From Paraspadella gotoi (Eukaryota; Animalia; Chaetognatha): DNA of 64,000 nucleotides. The position numbers and the translations under genes were made by a program. The notes under the pieces were generated by a model. It made no database searches, was not told the origin of the DNA, and saw only the letters and a list, made by a program, of their open reading frames with translations. Shown piece after piece: positions 1-13,668 of this stretch. Location of the stretch: assembly GCA_051294375.1 (NCBI GenBank), contig CM119266.1, positions 22,978,338 through 23,042,337 of the forward strand, given 5' to 3'. The stretch's first letter is position 1. The number at the start of each line of letters is the position of its first letter.

Positions 1-3000
1 TTCCCCCAGAGAAAGAATCTCCTCATGCTGGCGAAAAATGCCGTTCTTGTCTGCCCTACAACCTAGACCTACTTCCTCTAAACAACTCGCGCCTCTCCGT
101 CCGTCTCCTGCCGTACTTCTTCCACCGTGATCATGTCGTCATCGTCGTCGATTCTCGTCGTCAGTCCGTCTCGTCAGGCAGTTCACCTCGCTCGTTCGAC
201 TTCGTCCGCCTCAGCGTAAGCAGCCGTCAAAAAATACGGCATAAACAGAAGTATCCGCACCAAAGCCGAAATAAAAGAAACAAAGAGAATAAGAAAAACT
301 ACTTAGGTCTGTGTTAATTTTTCAGCTAAGTACTTATTACTCATATCCGTGTCACCTCGTCGAGTACATCCACGGCGTCAGTTTTTCACCACATAACTCT
401 GAAGTAAAAATTAATTTACATTTAATCGTTATCATTTGATTCCAACCATTGCTCCAACATATAAAACATTGATCCTGATGATCTGGTCTTTATAACCACA
501 CTCGATAAAACCCGAAATCGCGGTAAACCCGCCACCGATCGAAATGCCGTCTCCATAAATCACTGATTTCTTCCTTCTTCTCTTCTCTCTCTCCTCTCTC
601 TCTACTCTCTCTCTCTCTCTCTCTCCTCTCCTTCTCTCTCTCGTCTCACTCTCTCTCTGCTCATGGTACTCATACTAAGGTACGATACTAATCAACATTA
701 CTTCGCATCCTGTTTCGTTTCCCGTGCATCTTATCATTTATTAATCCGGCCAGTTCCGTGTTCGGCAAAAAGGATCCTTTTGAGTTACTTTTCGTGATTC
801 GACGCTTGAAAAAAATATATATTTATTCATTGTATCCGGTCAGTGTTTTCGAAAGAAATGTATTTTTAATTACATCCCGCATGTGGACACGCGTCAGGGG
901 TCGCGTGTGAACTTATGGCGACGATTGATCGTTCGGAGGCGAATCCGGCGCTGTGGAGGGCCAGCGCGCGGGAGTGCGGGGAACTCCTGACAGGCGAGGG
1001 TAGAGGGAAAAACGAGTAAGGTTAAGGGCATTTTCCTCGTTGGGAAAGCTTCCGATCGTTTCACAGAAATATACGCAGGACAATGACAAACGACGCAGCG
1101 GGGAAAGGTTACGCGGAAATCTTTCAAGTGTTTGGGTTTGACGAGACACGGGCAATGCATATTGCATACACGAGGTTATGGAAAGTGAGAATGGGAGAAT
1201 GGAGAAGATGAAGATGTGACATTAAATTGGGGATAGGAAGATGAGAGATGGAGAGGGACGGTGAGGAGGCAAATGGGAGATGGGAAATTGGGAGATGGAA
1301 GGATGGGCGTCCGACTGATGCGTCTCTCTTTTCCTCGAGAAGAGTCGTTAATTCTTCCGGCGACCGTCGAACCGAAGGGAGATAACGTCACGTATTGAGG
1401 GAGAGATGAAGTTGGTGAGTCGTGGAGCATATGTAGGGAACGGTGAGGTGCAATATGCGTGCTGTAATATAGGATAACAACGAAGACGAAAACAACTGAA
1501 AATTCCGACGATCGCCAACGAAAAAAGAACTGCACGAACGGTCGCGATTTCGTTTCACGCCGCTCACCGTTTGCACACGCGAAACATTTTCCGCGACCAC
1601 TAAAATCTCGTGCGCCGAGCTGAACGTCGTTTCCGCTCGTCGTCGTCCGTCGTCGTTCGTCGTCGTATTATATCCACTAGGTGTGCGTGTCTCGTATCTT
1701 CGTTGCCAGTGTTCCTGTCATGGTCCGCTGACTTTTTCGATCCGTCATCACGTGTGTCCTCATATGTACGGTCGCGATCGTTCGGTTCGTCTACATTAAC
1801 AATATAGTCACATAGTATTTACTCTTTATTGTTTGTCATCGTTGATTTCTAATTTAAACTTGCGACTTTGAATTATAACAAAACAATGCCCTTCCATTTT
1901 AAAGTACACACTGTTTTAGTGATCAACAAGTTATGACTCCTAGACAACTGTCAAGTTGATATTAAGACAAAAACGAGGAAAGATCGCTCTGTCCGCGATT
2001 TTCCCTCTCGGCGCCAGACATTAAGAATTCAAGAAGTGTAGAAGGCTGAACATGGAGAAGAGAGAGAGAGACCGGAGAAGGAGACGAGGACGAGAACGCA
2101 CTACCCACCGACTGAGACCGAGGATGAAGAACGAGCAGGAAGAATGAGAGGAGAGACACGAGAGGAGAATGAGAGCGAGAGTGAACGACGGGAAACGACA
2201 AATTGCGACCAAGTCGGGAGCAAGATTACTGCCAACCCTGTCAAATATCGCAATCTGACCCAGACCATTCAGAATCGGGGTGTTGTACGGGGACTATTTT
2301 GATTAGAGGTTCTTCTGTTTTTCTTCCCCCGAAATGTCTCTCTCTCTCATTCTCTCTCTCTCATTCTTTTTCTCTCACTCTCTTTCGGTCTGCACGCCTT
2401 TTCTCCGATTCCCTTAATGCGTGAAAGTAAATTTAAAACAACTACGCGCATGAATCTCTATATGCGTATTAGTACAAAAGGCTTGACCTAGTTTAAACTC
2501 TGTTTAATTGCAAGCAATTAGTGTCCATTGCTGTATCGTTTGCTTTGTTGTCTCAAAGTTTTTTTTCTGTATTTGTTTCTTTACATGTTCGTTCTTCGTG
2601 CTCTTTTATTTATTCGACGTTCAACATGTTGGAGAAAAAAACGTATTCTCTCCATTGAAAAAATTGCAATGTTCACCAAAAAAAGAGTTTTTTTGAAGAA
2701 AGATAATAAAACATGAACAAAAAAGGCTTTTTTTAAGGAGAGAGCTCAAAATAAAACACCAAAGAAAAATAACATAAGACAGAAAGAGAGGAGAGAGAGG
2801 CAGAGAGAGAGAGAGAGAGAGAAGAGAGAGGACGAATGACGAGGAGAGAGAGAGAGGAGAGAGCAGAGAGAGAGAGAGAGAATACCGGACGACTTTTATC
2901 GACATTTTCATTCGTTCAACTTAAGAAGACGAAAACTTTATCTTTGCCCTTTTTACTCTCTCTCAATTTCCTATCTTTTTCTCTCTCCATGTCTTCTTTT

Positions 3001-4376
3001 TCCTTTTCTAATACCATCATGAATGTTTCTTTTCTTTCTACGGTTTATTTTGATTTTTTGTCACATTCTTTTTTTTTACTTGTCTCTCAGTATTCAAAAG
3101 TTTCATAAATTCTTTTTTTTTACTTCTTTTGATTTCTTTTTTCTGTGTTTTTAACTCTCGCCTTTTCTCCTTAGTAATTTCCTCCACGTCCTTTTAGACC
3201 TTTCTCGCCGCATTTCTGTTTTACCTTTCCTCCCGCTTTGCTTCCTTCACGTCGCTTCATCCCCGTTCTACCCCTTTCCTGCCATTTTGTTTTCCCTTTC
3301 CTCCCCCTTTCTTCTCCCCTATCTTTCTTCATTTATTCTATTTCTTTCCTCCTTCCTTACTCCTTTCCAACTTTCCTCCATTTCTTCTTTCCTTTCCTCC
3401 CTCCGCTTCCTCCGGGAGTTTCTCCTCGTTTGTCATTTCCGTTCGCTCGTGCTCGCGTGCGCGGATTTCGCTTCCATCCTTTATTCTTTATCCGTCGGAC
3501 GCTTTTCCACCCCGATCACTCCACTCTTCTTCCACTCCTCGTTCTCACTTTCCTTTAAACTGCCATGCCATGCCAGTCTCATGCTTTTCTTCACTGCTCA
3601 AACCGATTTCCTCTGCATTGTATCTCCAGTCGAACTGTCATTGATTTCTTTCATTCTCCCCCCCCCCCGACTTTCAACACTCCGCGACCCGCACCCCCTC
3701 CACTCCCCGGTTTCCAGCCTCGGCGCGCGCATAATCGCTTCGATTATTTTCTCGGCTTCATTCCTGGTCACGACAACGACGTTGTTGTTGTATCGTTGTC
3801 GTTGTCTTATTCTTTACGTCGGTGTGAGAAAGCGTTTGTTACTCACCTCGTCCTCCCCGCAGCTCCTTTTTTTTTTCCGATCCAAGTCGAAATTCTTCCA
3901 AATCGATTTCCTCATCAACTTATTCGCGAAGGTCATTCACTTTTTCTTTCCTTCCGCTTTATTCTACTCCAAAAGCTTTTCGTTCATTTGTTAATCTTTT
4001 ACCCCAACCTTAACTTACCCTCTTTTTTTTTTCCTTTTTCATCCCGCTGCCTTTTCACCTCGTCTTCGCTCCGATGCGCCATCTTTAGAATTATCTTCAA
4101 CACTCGCCCTCTCCATTCTTTTCATCCTCCTTTAAAACCCTTACCCACTTTTCATCATCCTCCCCCACCTCTCCACCATCCACCCTCAAACCTCAACCAC
4201 CCCCTCTAGCTGCGCGCCGCCTTCGAGGGGCCGTTAATTCCTTCATCTTTTCCCTCGGTGGACACTTTTACTTTCTCTCGCTCCTTTTTCACTTTTCCAC
4301 TTTTTTCACTCTTTCTCTCGCTCGCTCTTTTCTCGAGGTCGCTTGTTTTTAACTCTCCTCCGCTATGTTCTTACCA

Positions 4377-4416
<40 letters not shown>

Positions 4417-5717
4417 TCCTTCTCTCTCTCTCGTCTCTCTCTTCTCGTCTCTCTCTCTCTCTTTCTCTCTTCTTCTTTTGCTTTCTCCTCTCCTCGGCCT
4501 TGGGTAATTGAGGTTATATTGATTAAGGACGAGACGAAGTTAAGAAGAAGAAACAAATTGTTCACTCTAAGTGTTCGTCTATTTAATGATTTTATTTATT
4601 AAAATGGTGACCTATAAGTAAAAGATGTTGTTGCTGTAAAAAAAAATGCCACCTCTTACAACAACTGTTGTAGTCGAGTTACTTCGTACATGCTTTCAAA
4701 TTTTACAGTTTCGAAGATTTTGTATCTGAGGAAGTTGCGTCGACGATTTAAAAACCAATATCATCTTTCTCAAATTAGACAATGATATAAATAAATCTAT
4801 TCAGATAATAGCAAAACCAATTTTACATCTTACCGTTGAAATAATCAAATTTGAAATGAAAAAAAAAAAAGAGGAAGTTTCCGAATATTTTATAATCTTT
4901 ATCTTTTCTTTGATCTATCACCACATTTCGAAAACGTTTCTCACGCCATCATTCGTCCCATTTAGTCCGGCCACAGTTCTTTTCTCCCGTCGACCTTCCC
5001 TCTCCGGCGCCCCTTGTCCCAAGTACCCGCGCCCCGTTTGCGGGCTTCCGGCGCCAGGAGTCCCCTCTTGGCCGGATGGACGCTGATGTTATTGCCTGAC
5101 AGTAAATCTTGCCAATTCTGAGGAACAGAGAAGACGGCTTTGCCGTCAATCCACTCTCCTCGTCGTTTGTCGCAGTCGTCAGTCGTCGTCCTTGTCGTAT
5201 TGTCGCGATTCTCGTCGCGTCGTCGTCGTCCTTGCTCGTTCGTCGTCGTCGTCGTCTTCAAGCGAAACCGACCGGGAATCAAACCAAACCTTGGAAGACG
5301 TTCGCGACTTTCTGACTTGGGTGAACACTGACTGAGAGAGAGAATTTATAATTTCTTGCACGATAGATCTCCTCTTTGGCNNNNNNNNNNNNNNNNNNNN
5401 NNNNNCTCTCTCTCTCTCTCTCTCCCTCTCTCTTTCTTTTCCTTTCTCCTTCTGATTGAAGGGAATCATATTTCGGAGAAAGAGTAGTTTCTACTGGAGG
5501 GATGTGTAAAGGGTAGTTTAAAAGGTGAGGCAGCGCTGGTTGGAAGGGAAACGGGTAAGTCGGGTGAGGGAGGATCGGAAGGTGGCACCGGGAAATATTT
5601 TGATGACGAATCCGCGGACGAAAAGACGTCGAGAGATGAGGTCAGGGAGGGTGAAATGAAAATGGATGTCAAAAGGGTAAGTCGGGTTGGAAAGAGAGAG
5701 AGAGAGTAGAGAGAGAG

Positions 5718-5749
<32 letters not shown>

Positions 5750-5751
5750 GA

Positions 5752-5783
<32 letters not shown>

Positions 5784-7350
5784 TAGAGAGCAGACAGACA
5801 GACAGACAGATCAGACAGACCGATTAGTTTGGCATAGAAAACCTTAAAAACAAACTGAGATGAAAAATATTTCACGTGGCCGATTTTTTTCACCTTTTTC
5901 TTTTCTCCTTAACTTTCTAAATTCTTCACCTTCTCTTACTTCCCAACTCTCTCTTCTCTTTTCTCTTTTCCTCTCTTCTCTATTTCTCTACCTCTCTCCT
6001 TCCCCCCTCCCGCCTTTTCCTCTCTTATCGGAATTTTCTTTCCAGGGATTCCGTTCGTCAGCGCCTTTCCCTCCTTCGGCGCCTCGACGTCGTCAGCCTT
6101 CTTAGCGGTTGAGGGGGGAAGATGGAGAGAGGAGAAAGTGAGCGACGGAGGGAAGACAGGTTAAAGTAGGGGATTGAGAAAGATTAGGAGGAGGGAGAGA
6201 GGGATGGGAGGAGGAGGAGAGAGGTATCAGATCGGAGAGGAAGGAAATAAGGGGAGGAGAGCGAGTGAGGAAGGGAGAAGAAGATGAGAGTAAAAAGATT
6301 TGAGAGGAAAGACGGGGAGGGGAGAAGAACGGCGGAGCAGGAAGAGAATTGAAAGAGGGAGGAAGGAGAAAGGCATGGAGGAACGTAGAGAGGGAGAAGG
6401 ACCGGAGGAGAGAGGGGAAGGAGGAAGTAAGATTTATTAAAAGAAATGGAAGATGGAGGATTCGTGAGAGGAAAAAGAAAGGAGAGGCAGAGAGAGAGGA
6501 AGGAGTTATGATGTGTGAGAAATCAAGAATGCGACAGAGACAGGAGCCGAGAGGGCATGTAATTGAGATTGAGGAGAACTGAGACAAGAGGTCTTGAGAG
6601 AGGAAAGTGGAGATGAATGAGGAGGAGAAAGATGAAGGAAGGAGAGAGAGAGGAAGGAGAAGAAAAGAGGATTGTATCGATGGGACACAGGATGAGCGGA
6701 GCGTCCCATGGTGCCGATCTACATATGGAGAGGCAAAGAGACGATGCGTGACTCATTATGCACGTTATCTTGTACCGCTCGAATCAGACCTATATCATTC
6801 AGACAAGCGAGAGGATTAGTGATATCTCGAGCAGAGGAAGATAAGGGACTGTCTGACATTTAGGCTAAGCTGAGCAGAGGGGTAAGGAAATCTCAGTGTA
6901 AGCAGCATCAAAAAGTGGCCTAAAACCCTACCTTCTCGGTTTAATGACGAAGCAACAGACAATATTGGCAACACCGAGCAACAAAAGGGAAAACATTGTC
7001 TCCGATTTGAAACTATTGAGAATTGCACGTTTTAGCCAAAATTCGCTAGAATATTTAAAACAGTGATGAGGGGGGAGGCTACTTATTTTTTAATAACCAT
7101 ATCATCGTAAGTCTTACTTACTAATGCATAACCCCAAAGGGTTCTTTGTTTTTTTACTTCGTTGAGCCAAAAAATTCATAACTTGTTTTTCTATGAATTC
7201 TGCTTTTTTATGCAAGTAGTTTGTTTGCTCTTTCTCGAAAACATATAACTTTACAATTGATTTCAACGGTAAAATAATGTCACCACGTGTACCCAAAATA
7301 AAAATAAAAAAGCGACAGAGGGCATCCTCTTTTTCCTTTTGAATTTCTCT

Positions 7351-7405
<55 letters not shown>

Positions 7406-7524
7406 GTTTTTTTCCGCGCGTCTGGGGGCTCTCATTTTTAAAGGGGAAGGAAAGGAATGGCAGGAGCCCTTCACCGCGAGAGCGAGAGGCGAGCGGTGAG
7501 AGTGCGGTGTTGTCGTAACCAACG

Positions 7525-7549
7525 ATGATTTATGGAGGAACATAAATCA
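7525..7549. promoter_or_regulatory. Inverted pair of Pbx/Exd-Hox-type sites (TGATTTATG)
   Basis: atgatttatgg aggaa cataaatca. Confidence 0.35.
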
Positions 7550-7589
7550 ATTTCATTGGGGCTGAGCCAGCGTTGATCCTCCTCGCGAC

Positions 7590-7766
7590 ACGAGAGAGAG
7601 AGAGAGAAGAAGAGGAAAGAGAGAGAGAGAGAAGAGAAGAGAGAGAGAGAGAGAGAGAGAGAAGAGAAGCAGAGATGACGTTTAAGGGAAAAGAGTGCGA
7701 GAAAGTGCGAGAGATAGGTGGAGACGTCGGCTTGTACCTCTAGGCAGAGAGAGAGAGAGAGAGAGA

Positions 7767-7812
<46 letters not shown>

Positions 7813-7947
7813 GAGAGAGGAGAATGGCTTAGGGAAAGAGGGAATGCGAGAACGAGTTGGGTCATTGAAAGTGGCAAAGTCTGCTTGATTCTCGTGTCAG
7901 AGAAGAGAGTGAAGAGAGAGAGAAGAGAGAAGAGAGAGAGAGAAGAG

Positions 7948-7989
<42 letters not shown>

Positions 7990-8040
7990 TGAGTTAGATA
8001 GAGAGCGAGTGAGTTGGATAGAGAGCGAGTGAGTTCGAGA
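7590..8040 (+). repeat. GA-rich low-complexity tract ending in 3 copies of a 20-bp unit (gagagcgagtgagttagata and variants)
   Basis: 7981-8040 holds three near-identical 20-mers. Confidence 0.9.
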
Positions 8041-8584
8041 GAAGGTGGGGGGAAAGAGAGAGAACAGCGACTGCTTTGAAAGCGTTGACCGTTCGCAATC
8101 TGCAGAAAGAAAAAAAATTGTTTAATTCCAAAGGATCAACGCGTAGACAGACTGGAGCGAGATTTACGACTCGCTGTTGTTAATGTCGTCACGATTTACG
8201 TTTAGGATAATATATAAAATAGTAAAGGTACCAGGAAGCTTTCCAGTAAGTGGCCCTGAAGGGTCGCTTGCGGAAAAATGGATTACTGTCTGCATGAAGC
8301 ATGTGAATTGTGTAATGTGTATGTTAATTTGTAGCTCTAAAATATTGCTTTTGCTCTCCAGGAAGGTGGAGTTATATTTGTGTGTTTTTCTCAAAACGCC
8401 CGGGTTTTTCTTTCCACTTTCCACTTTTTTAACATAAAAAAAAAAAACCAAATCAAATATCGCACCATAATTTTTTTTTCATCCATGGGCGACGAAATCG
8501 AAGAAAAATGTTTTCGATGTTTATCATTTGTCATGATTTTTCTTTTCAAACATCGAGGGAGTCGCATCGATCCGAACTTACCCG

Positions 8585-8620
<36 letters not shown>

Positions 8621-8644
8621 NNNNNNNNNNNNNNNNNNNNNNNN

Positions 8645-8677
<33 letters not shown>
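8585..8677 (+). repeat. (GAC)n microsatellite spanning a gap; another lies at 9156-9194
   Basis: Direct reading. Confidence 0.97.
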
Positions 8678-9155
8678 AACTCTCGCGTAAATAATGAAAA
8701 CTGACGAGCGACCCTCGCAGTCTGGAAAAAAAAAGTCCTCTCGATGAAAAAGTCGGGGATTTTTTATTAAATTATTTTTAATAAAATTTGCAAGATTAAT
8801 GATGAAACATTGCTGAAAGAACCGCCAACGTCAACTTAGTAATACAAACTAATTGTTAATTGACTAATCGTTATACAAACAAATTCCCTCAATCCCATCG
8901 ATCGGTAATCGTTAAGTGTTTCAGTTAAAATGGATCTCGTTAAATTATTGGAATCCATCCAAGGAAAAAAACAAACAAGTACAACAAATTAAGAATACAT
9001 AAATAAAAAATGATCGGAGCAGGTGGACAAAAATTATGAAAGCAATGACATCGATTAAAGAATAAGCTGAAGGAAGATAACAACGACAAGAACAACAACA
9101 GCTAAGACGAAGACGGGAGACAACATGGGCGACGGCGACGAGAGAAGACGTCAAG

Positions 9156-9194
<39 letters not shown>

Positions 9195-9388
9195 AAACGC
9201 CTCATTACGTGAAGTCGTTACAAGAAGCGGAATCGAATCGTCCGGAAGGAACAGGAATGCCGGGAGGAGGAGGAAGAGGAGGAGTGAAGGGAGAAGAAGA
9301 AAGGGAGGAGGGACGCCTCGTCTTCCTTGGGGACGAGGAAGAGATGGAGAAAATGGAGGAGGAAGCGGATGCGCGTGAGACAGAAGAA

Positions 9389-9474
<86 letters not shown>

Positions 9475-9560
9475 AGGCGGGAGAGAAGCGATGGAACGTG
9501 GAACCGTTACGTGGGGACGGCGGTCGTAAACGCTTCGGGATTGCGTCCTCATATTTTATT

Positions 9561-9601
<41 letters not shown>

Positions 9602-10669
9602 TATATAAAGATAAAAAGGGGAACTGCTTATTACAACCTCACTCTTTTACTATCAACAACAAATTGCATTCACGAAAGAATCCAGTTTATTAGACTCTAG
9701 GGAGCTAAGATACGTAAAAACTTTGTTTAACCAACCGGTACATAGCTACTATGACATTAGGGTAGCGGGAGCGTAAGATAATCTTGATTGTTTAAAAAAA
9801 AAATCAGGAACCAGAGCTCTGAACAAAAAAGAATCTGGAAATGGTTGCCAAATGTTTTTATGGTGAGTCATAACTCGCGTTGAAGCGACAATCATGAGGG
9901 AAAAAAGAGAGGAAAGCAAAAGATGGAAAGACTTGGAGGTTGGAAAGAAGAGTTTAAAATAATAAGAAAAAAGAAGTGAAAGAAAATAGTGATATAAGAT
10001 GAGTGTGTGGGGTATATTACATTATATGGGAAGACATAAAAAAGTGACTTATTTTAAGTACAATTGTAATGTAAAAATGAATGAATGAATGAAAAAAGCA
10101 AAAAATAAAGTTTAAACTCCTAAAGAGAACACTGATTAAAGGCAGTGTAGAACAAAAACCCAGAAAAAGTAGAAGGTGAAAAAGACAAAAAAAAAGGAAA
10201 GCAAAGCAGAAGTGGGCGTGGAAGGGACGTATAAATGATTCCAAGATGCAAATTTCCTCTTCTTTTCTTCCTTAACTCGACTTCGCGCAAATTCCGTTGT
10301 GAGGGGAAAAAAAAAGAAAAAGCGTTTTTAAAACGCGGTTTTTATATAAAATTAAATGAGGAAAAACAATAAAATTGCGAGATGGACGATGAACTCGGTA
10401 CAGATTCGTGATTCATGGAGCAAAATATAAAAAAAAGAAGAGAACAGAAGAGCATCGTTATCATCGTCTTTGTCGTCGTCGTCCACAACGACAACCCCCC
10501 CCCACACTTTTCATCCGAGCCACAATCATTAATCCTTTCCTCCATCTTTCTCTTTGATGCCTTCACTTTTTTTCAATTTTCGATGCAAACGAATTCGCAA
10601 TTTTTTTGTCTTTGTTCCCATTGTCTTCTGCGTTTCTGCCTTCGAGGGGCTGGGTATCGGATCTTTTTT

Positions 10670-10731
<62 letters not shown>

Positions 10732-11599
10732 ACCAAAGCCGCTCCGAGGAACGACAGAGGCCGCATCCGTGTCACGTCCTTCAAGGAAGGCTGAGTCTCG
10801 GAGCCCGACTACAGAGACGACGACGACAACGACGATAGACGACGAGAAACAAAAGTTGCGACGAAGGAGAGCAAATGACAGTCAAACAACCAGTTGGTTC
10901 AGTGGCTGAGTTTAGAGGAGAAGAATTTTTAACTCACTAATATTCTAATATATTACTTGGTACTATGGACTTTCTACTATTTAACTTTCAATTAAAAGTT
11001 TACATACAACGAAACAGCAAATAAGTCAGGCGAGAGAGAACGACGACAAAAACGTTCAAAACGACGACCAAAATGATGACGACGAGACGAAAAGAATACT
11101 GACAATTCCGTTTAGTCAAAAGTTTCTGGATCGGAACCTAGACAATGAGGCAGACGACAATGATGACGACGACGACGACGACGTCCCTCGGGGCTGTGGG
11201 TGAAGGACCCGACGAAGCACAAAAACTTCCCCTTCGAGTTCGAACCTCCAAGTTTGAAAAATGAAGGAGGGACGAAGGCGAAGAGAAGGAGGGAAGACAA
11301 TGGACAGGTTCTGGGTGGTCCCGTCCCGTCCCGTCAAGATTCCAGACGAGACTCGATAGAGGGTCTGTCCGTCCGTCCGGTCTGGTCTCTACGAAAGTCG
11401 AAATCGTTGGTCCGTACGTCACTCGGACGATTCAGTTTTTCTACTGATGACGCAGGAATTGTAAAAATGAATGAATTTGTTACAACCAATTTAAAAAATG
11501 ATCCACTCATTTTATAAATAATCTACCTTGCAACTGACTTTATGTCGGACAATGTATTTTTTCTGATTGGTAACATCTAATTATGCCCGACACTTAAAT

Positions 11600-11752
<153 letters not shown>

Positions 11753-12245
11753 TAAAATCGTCCTCTCAAGGAGCAACCGGTCTTTACTTTTTTTCTTTCG
11801 GCAGCAGAACCCGAAGCGGGTGGCAACTTTAATTAAAAGGTCATTAGACGAGATGAATTTGACGAAATAAAGACGCCTAATCTAAGATAATGTGACAACC
11901 AAATTAACATTTCTTTAATCATTCTAGTATCCTATAAGTTGCAATACTCGTTATCGAGTTCCAATTACCTGTTATTTAGCTTTAAAAAAATAAAGACCCA
12001 AATAAAGTGATTTTTATGAATGAATCATACCGATGCTTTATATCAATTAAATACAAACACGTTCATCGCTTAGACTCGGACGAACATACTCAACGTGAGA
12101 CAATCGAGTAGTGAAAAGAGTATTTTCAGTACAAATACTTCAAGCCCCATATGAAATATCCCTCTACGACATCTTCGGGTCTTGGTGACACGCCGTGTGA
12201 GGCCGGCGACTTCAGAACATTCACATCCCTACTCCTTATTGATTC

Positions 12246-12251
12246 TTTATT
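12246..12251 (-). terminator. Candidate polyadenylation signal AATAAA of the tetraspanin
   Basis: tttatt on the + strand, about 35 nt past the stop codon. Confidence 0.45.
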
Positions 12252-12284
12252 ATGGACCACTTCCTCCTCCTTCTCCTCCCCCTC

Positions 12285-12577
12285 TTAGTGATCCGCCTGA
12301 TCCACCATCACGTAAAGTCCAGTGAAGACGAAGAGAACGAAGGAGACGGCCGTCCAGATGAATCCGGCGTCGCGCCCGTGACTCCGGTTCATCTCTAGCA
12401 TCTCGTCGAAGCAGCCCGGAACCTCGAATGGGCACCCGCCCAGCCAGACGGCGTCGGACCGCTTGGGGTCGGCGGCGTCGAAGGCGCAGCACCCGAGGCG
12501 CCGCTCCACCTCGCGCTGGGCGGAGGGGGATTTGCGGAGCCAGGAGGCGTGGAATTGGTCGCGGACTGCGCCGTCGT
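12285..12577 (-). CDS. Tetraspanin coding exon 3 (large extracellular loop, TM4, stop)
   Basis: Acceptor ccccctacag|; LGCCAF, GCPFEVPGCF, TM4 AGFIWTAVSFVLFVFTGLYVMV; TAA at 12285-12287. Confidence 0.9.
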
Positions 12578-13668
12578 CTGTAGGGGGGGCGGGGCGGGTA
12601 AAAGAATATGGGGAAATTGAGTAGAAAGTTGAGAGAATAGAGGCGATAATGAGTGAGAATATGTTATAATTATACAAATTACGGATTAACTATTACATAA
12701 TTCATTGCCTTCCAAGGAAGGAACTTCAATTTTTTGCCCGAGTTTAAATTTTGGCAAATAATAGAAGATAGAATCGGAAAGAAAAAACGTAGATAAGTTA
12801 TAAGACAGTATGCATTTTAGTAAGCGGTTTTTTATTTAGTTTCATTGTTAACTTCTTTATTATCAAACCCCAATACTCATTCCCACCCCCCCTCTCTCAC
12901 CGCCGACAAAATCGACGCCCCATCTCCCGGTGAAAGACAACGCGGCGAGGGCGACGCTGCCGCACAAACAAAGGAGCATCAACCCGTAGTAGAACCTCAT
13001 GCAGAATGCGGTCTTTGATGCGGCGCCGCAGCACCCGATGAACCCGATGATCATGAGCACCGCTCCGCCCGCCATGAACACGACCGGCTGATTTAGATTT
13101 AATTATAATTATACGTACACATTGTGCCGACTTAATTGACGGATACTTTTCGATTTAAAAGTTTGACGTGATAGTCATCCTAGTCGTTATCGTCATTTCT
13201 TTTGTCATTTTGTCATCATTTAGTATTCGCGGCAATTTGAGTTCCTGGTTATTTTTAGTTCTCACCCACTCTATTATTTTTTGCACTAGATCGCTGTCAG
13301 AAAGAAAACCTAAGGGATATAGCAAACTCTTTACAAACTTTTTAAACAGGCACGAGATAAACCCCGTAAAAAATGATAAATTTCAAGAAATTTTTCTCAG
13401 AGGCCTTTCCAAATCATTTCCTGTCACGCCTACCTCAATGCAACCGCAAACTCAGCCGCCCCGAAACCCCGACCTGCTGCTCGATCCGGAGGTTGGCGTC
13501 GGTCATATCGAAGACGCCTCCGCCGATGTCGTCGACGACGCCGTTGAGACGATGGAGGTAGACGGGGTTGCGGTAGTTGGCGATGCCGAGGGCGACGAGT
13601 CCGAGCCCGCCCACCCACACGATGCCCGTCAGGGCGAAGGCGATCGTCTCTCGATTGTTGTACATCAT
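12285..13668 (-). CDS. Divergent tetraspanin-family protein, 3 coding exons (13474-13668, 12901-13087, 12285-12577), 224 aa
   Basis: Spliced by hand: ...IEQQ|gtcggg...aaatcag|PVVFMAGG (phase 0) and ...DFVG G|gtgaga...cctacag|AC DGAV (phase 1). Total 675 nt including TAA, with no internal stop. Four hydrophobic segments, the TM2 signature GFIGCCGA and a short inner loop. The large loop reads QREVERRLGCCAF...C...GC, followed by TM4 and a 5-aa tail. The exons are GC-rich against AT-rich introns. Confidence 0.9.
12901..13087 (-). CDS. Tetraspanin coding exon 2 (TM2-TM3)
   Basis: Acceptor aaatcag|, donor G|GTGAGA; encodes GAVLMIIGFIGCCGA. Confidence 0.92.
13474..13668 (-). CDS. Tetraspanin coding exon 1 (N-terminus, TM1, small extracellular loop)
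   Basis: ATG at 13668, MMYNNRETIAFALTGIVWVGGLGLVALGIA. The donor CAG|GTCGGG is weak but matches the phase of exon 2. Confidence 0.8.

Noticed and set aside
1540-1598. Possible pre-miRNA hairpin ggtcgcg...cgcgacc
   Set aside because: The stem is short and broken by a large pyrimidine mismatch region.
12981-13000. miR-100-like start aacccgtag
   Set aside because: Only 9 nt match, it lies antisense within a tetraspanin exon, and no precursor hairpin is seen.
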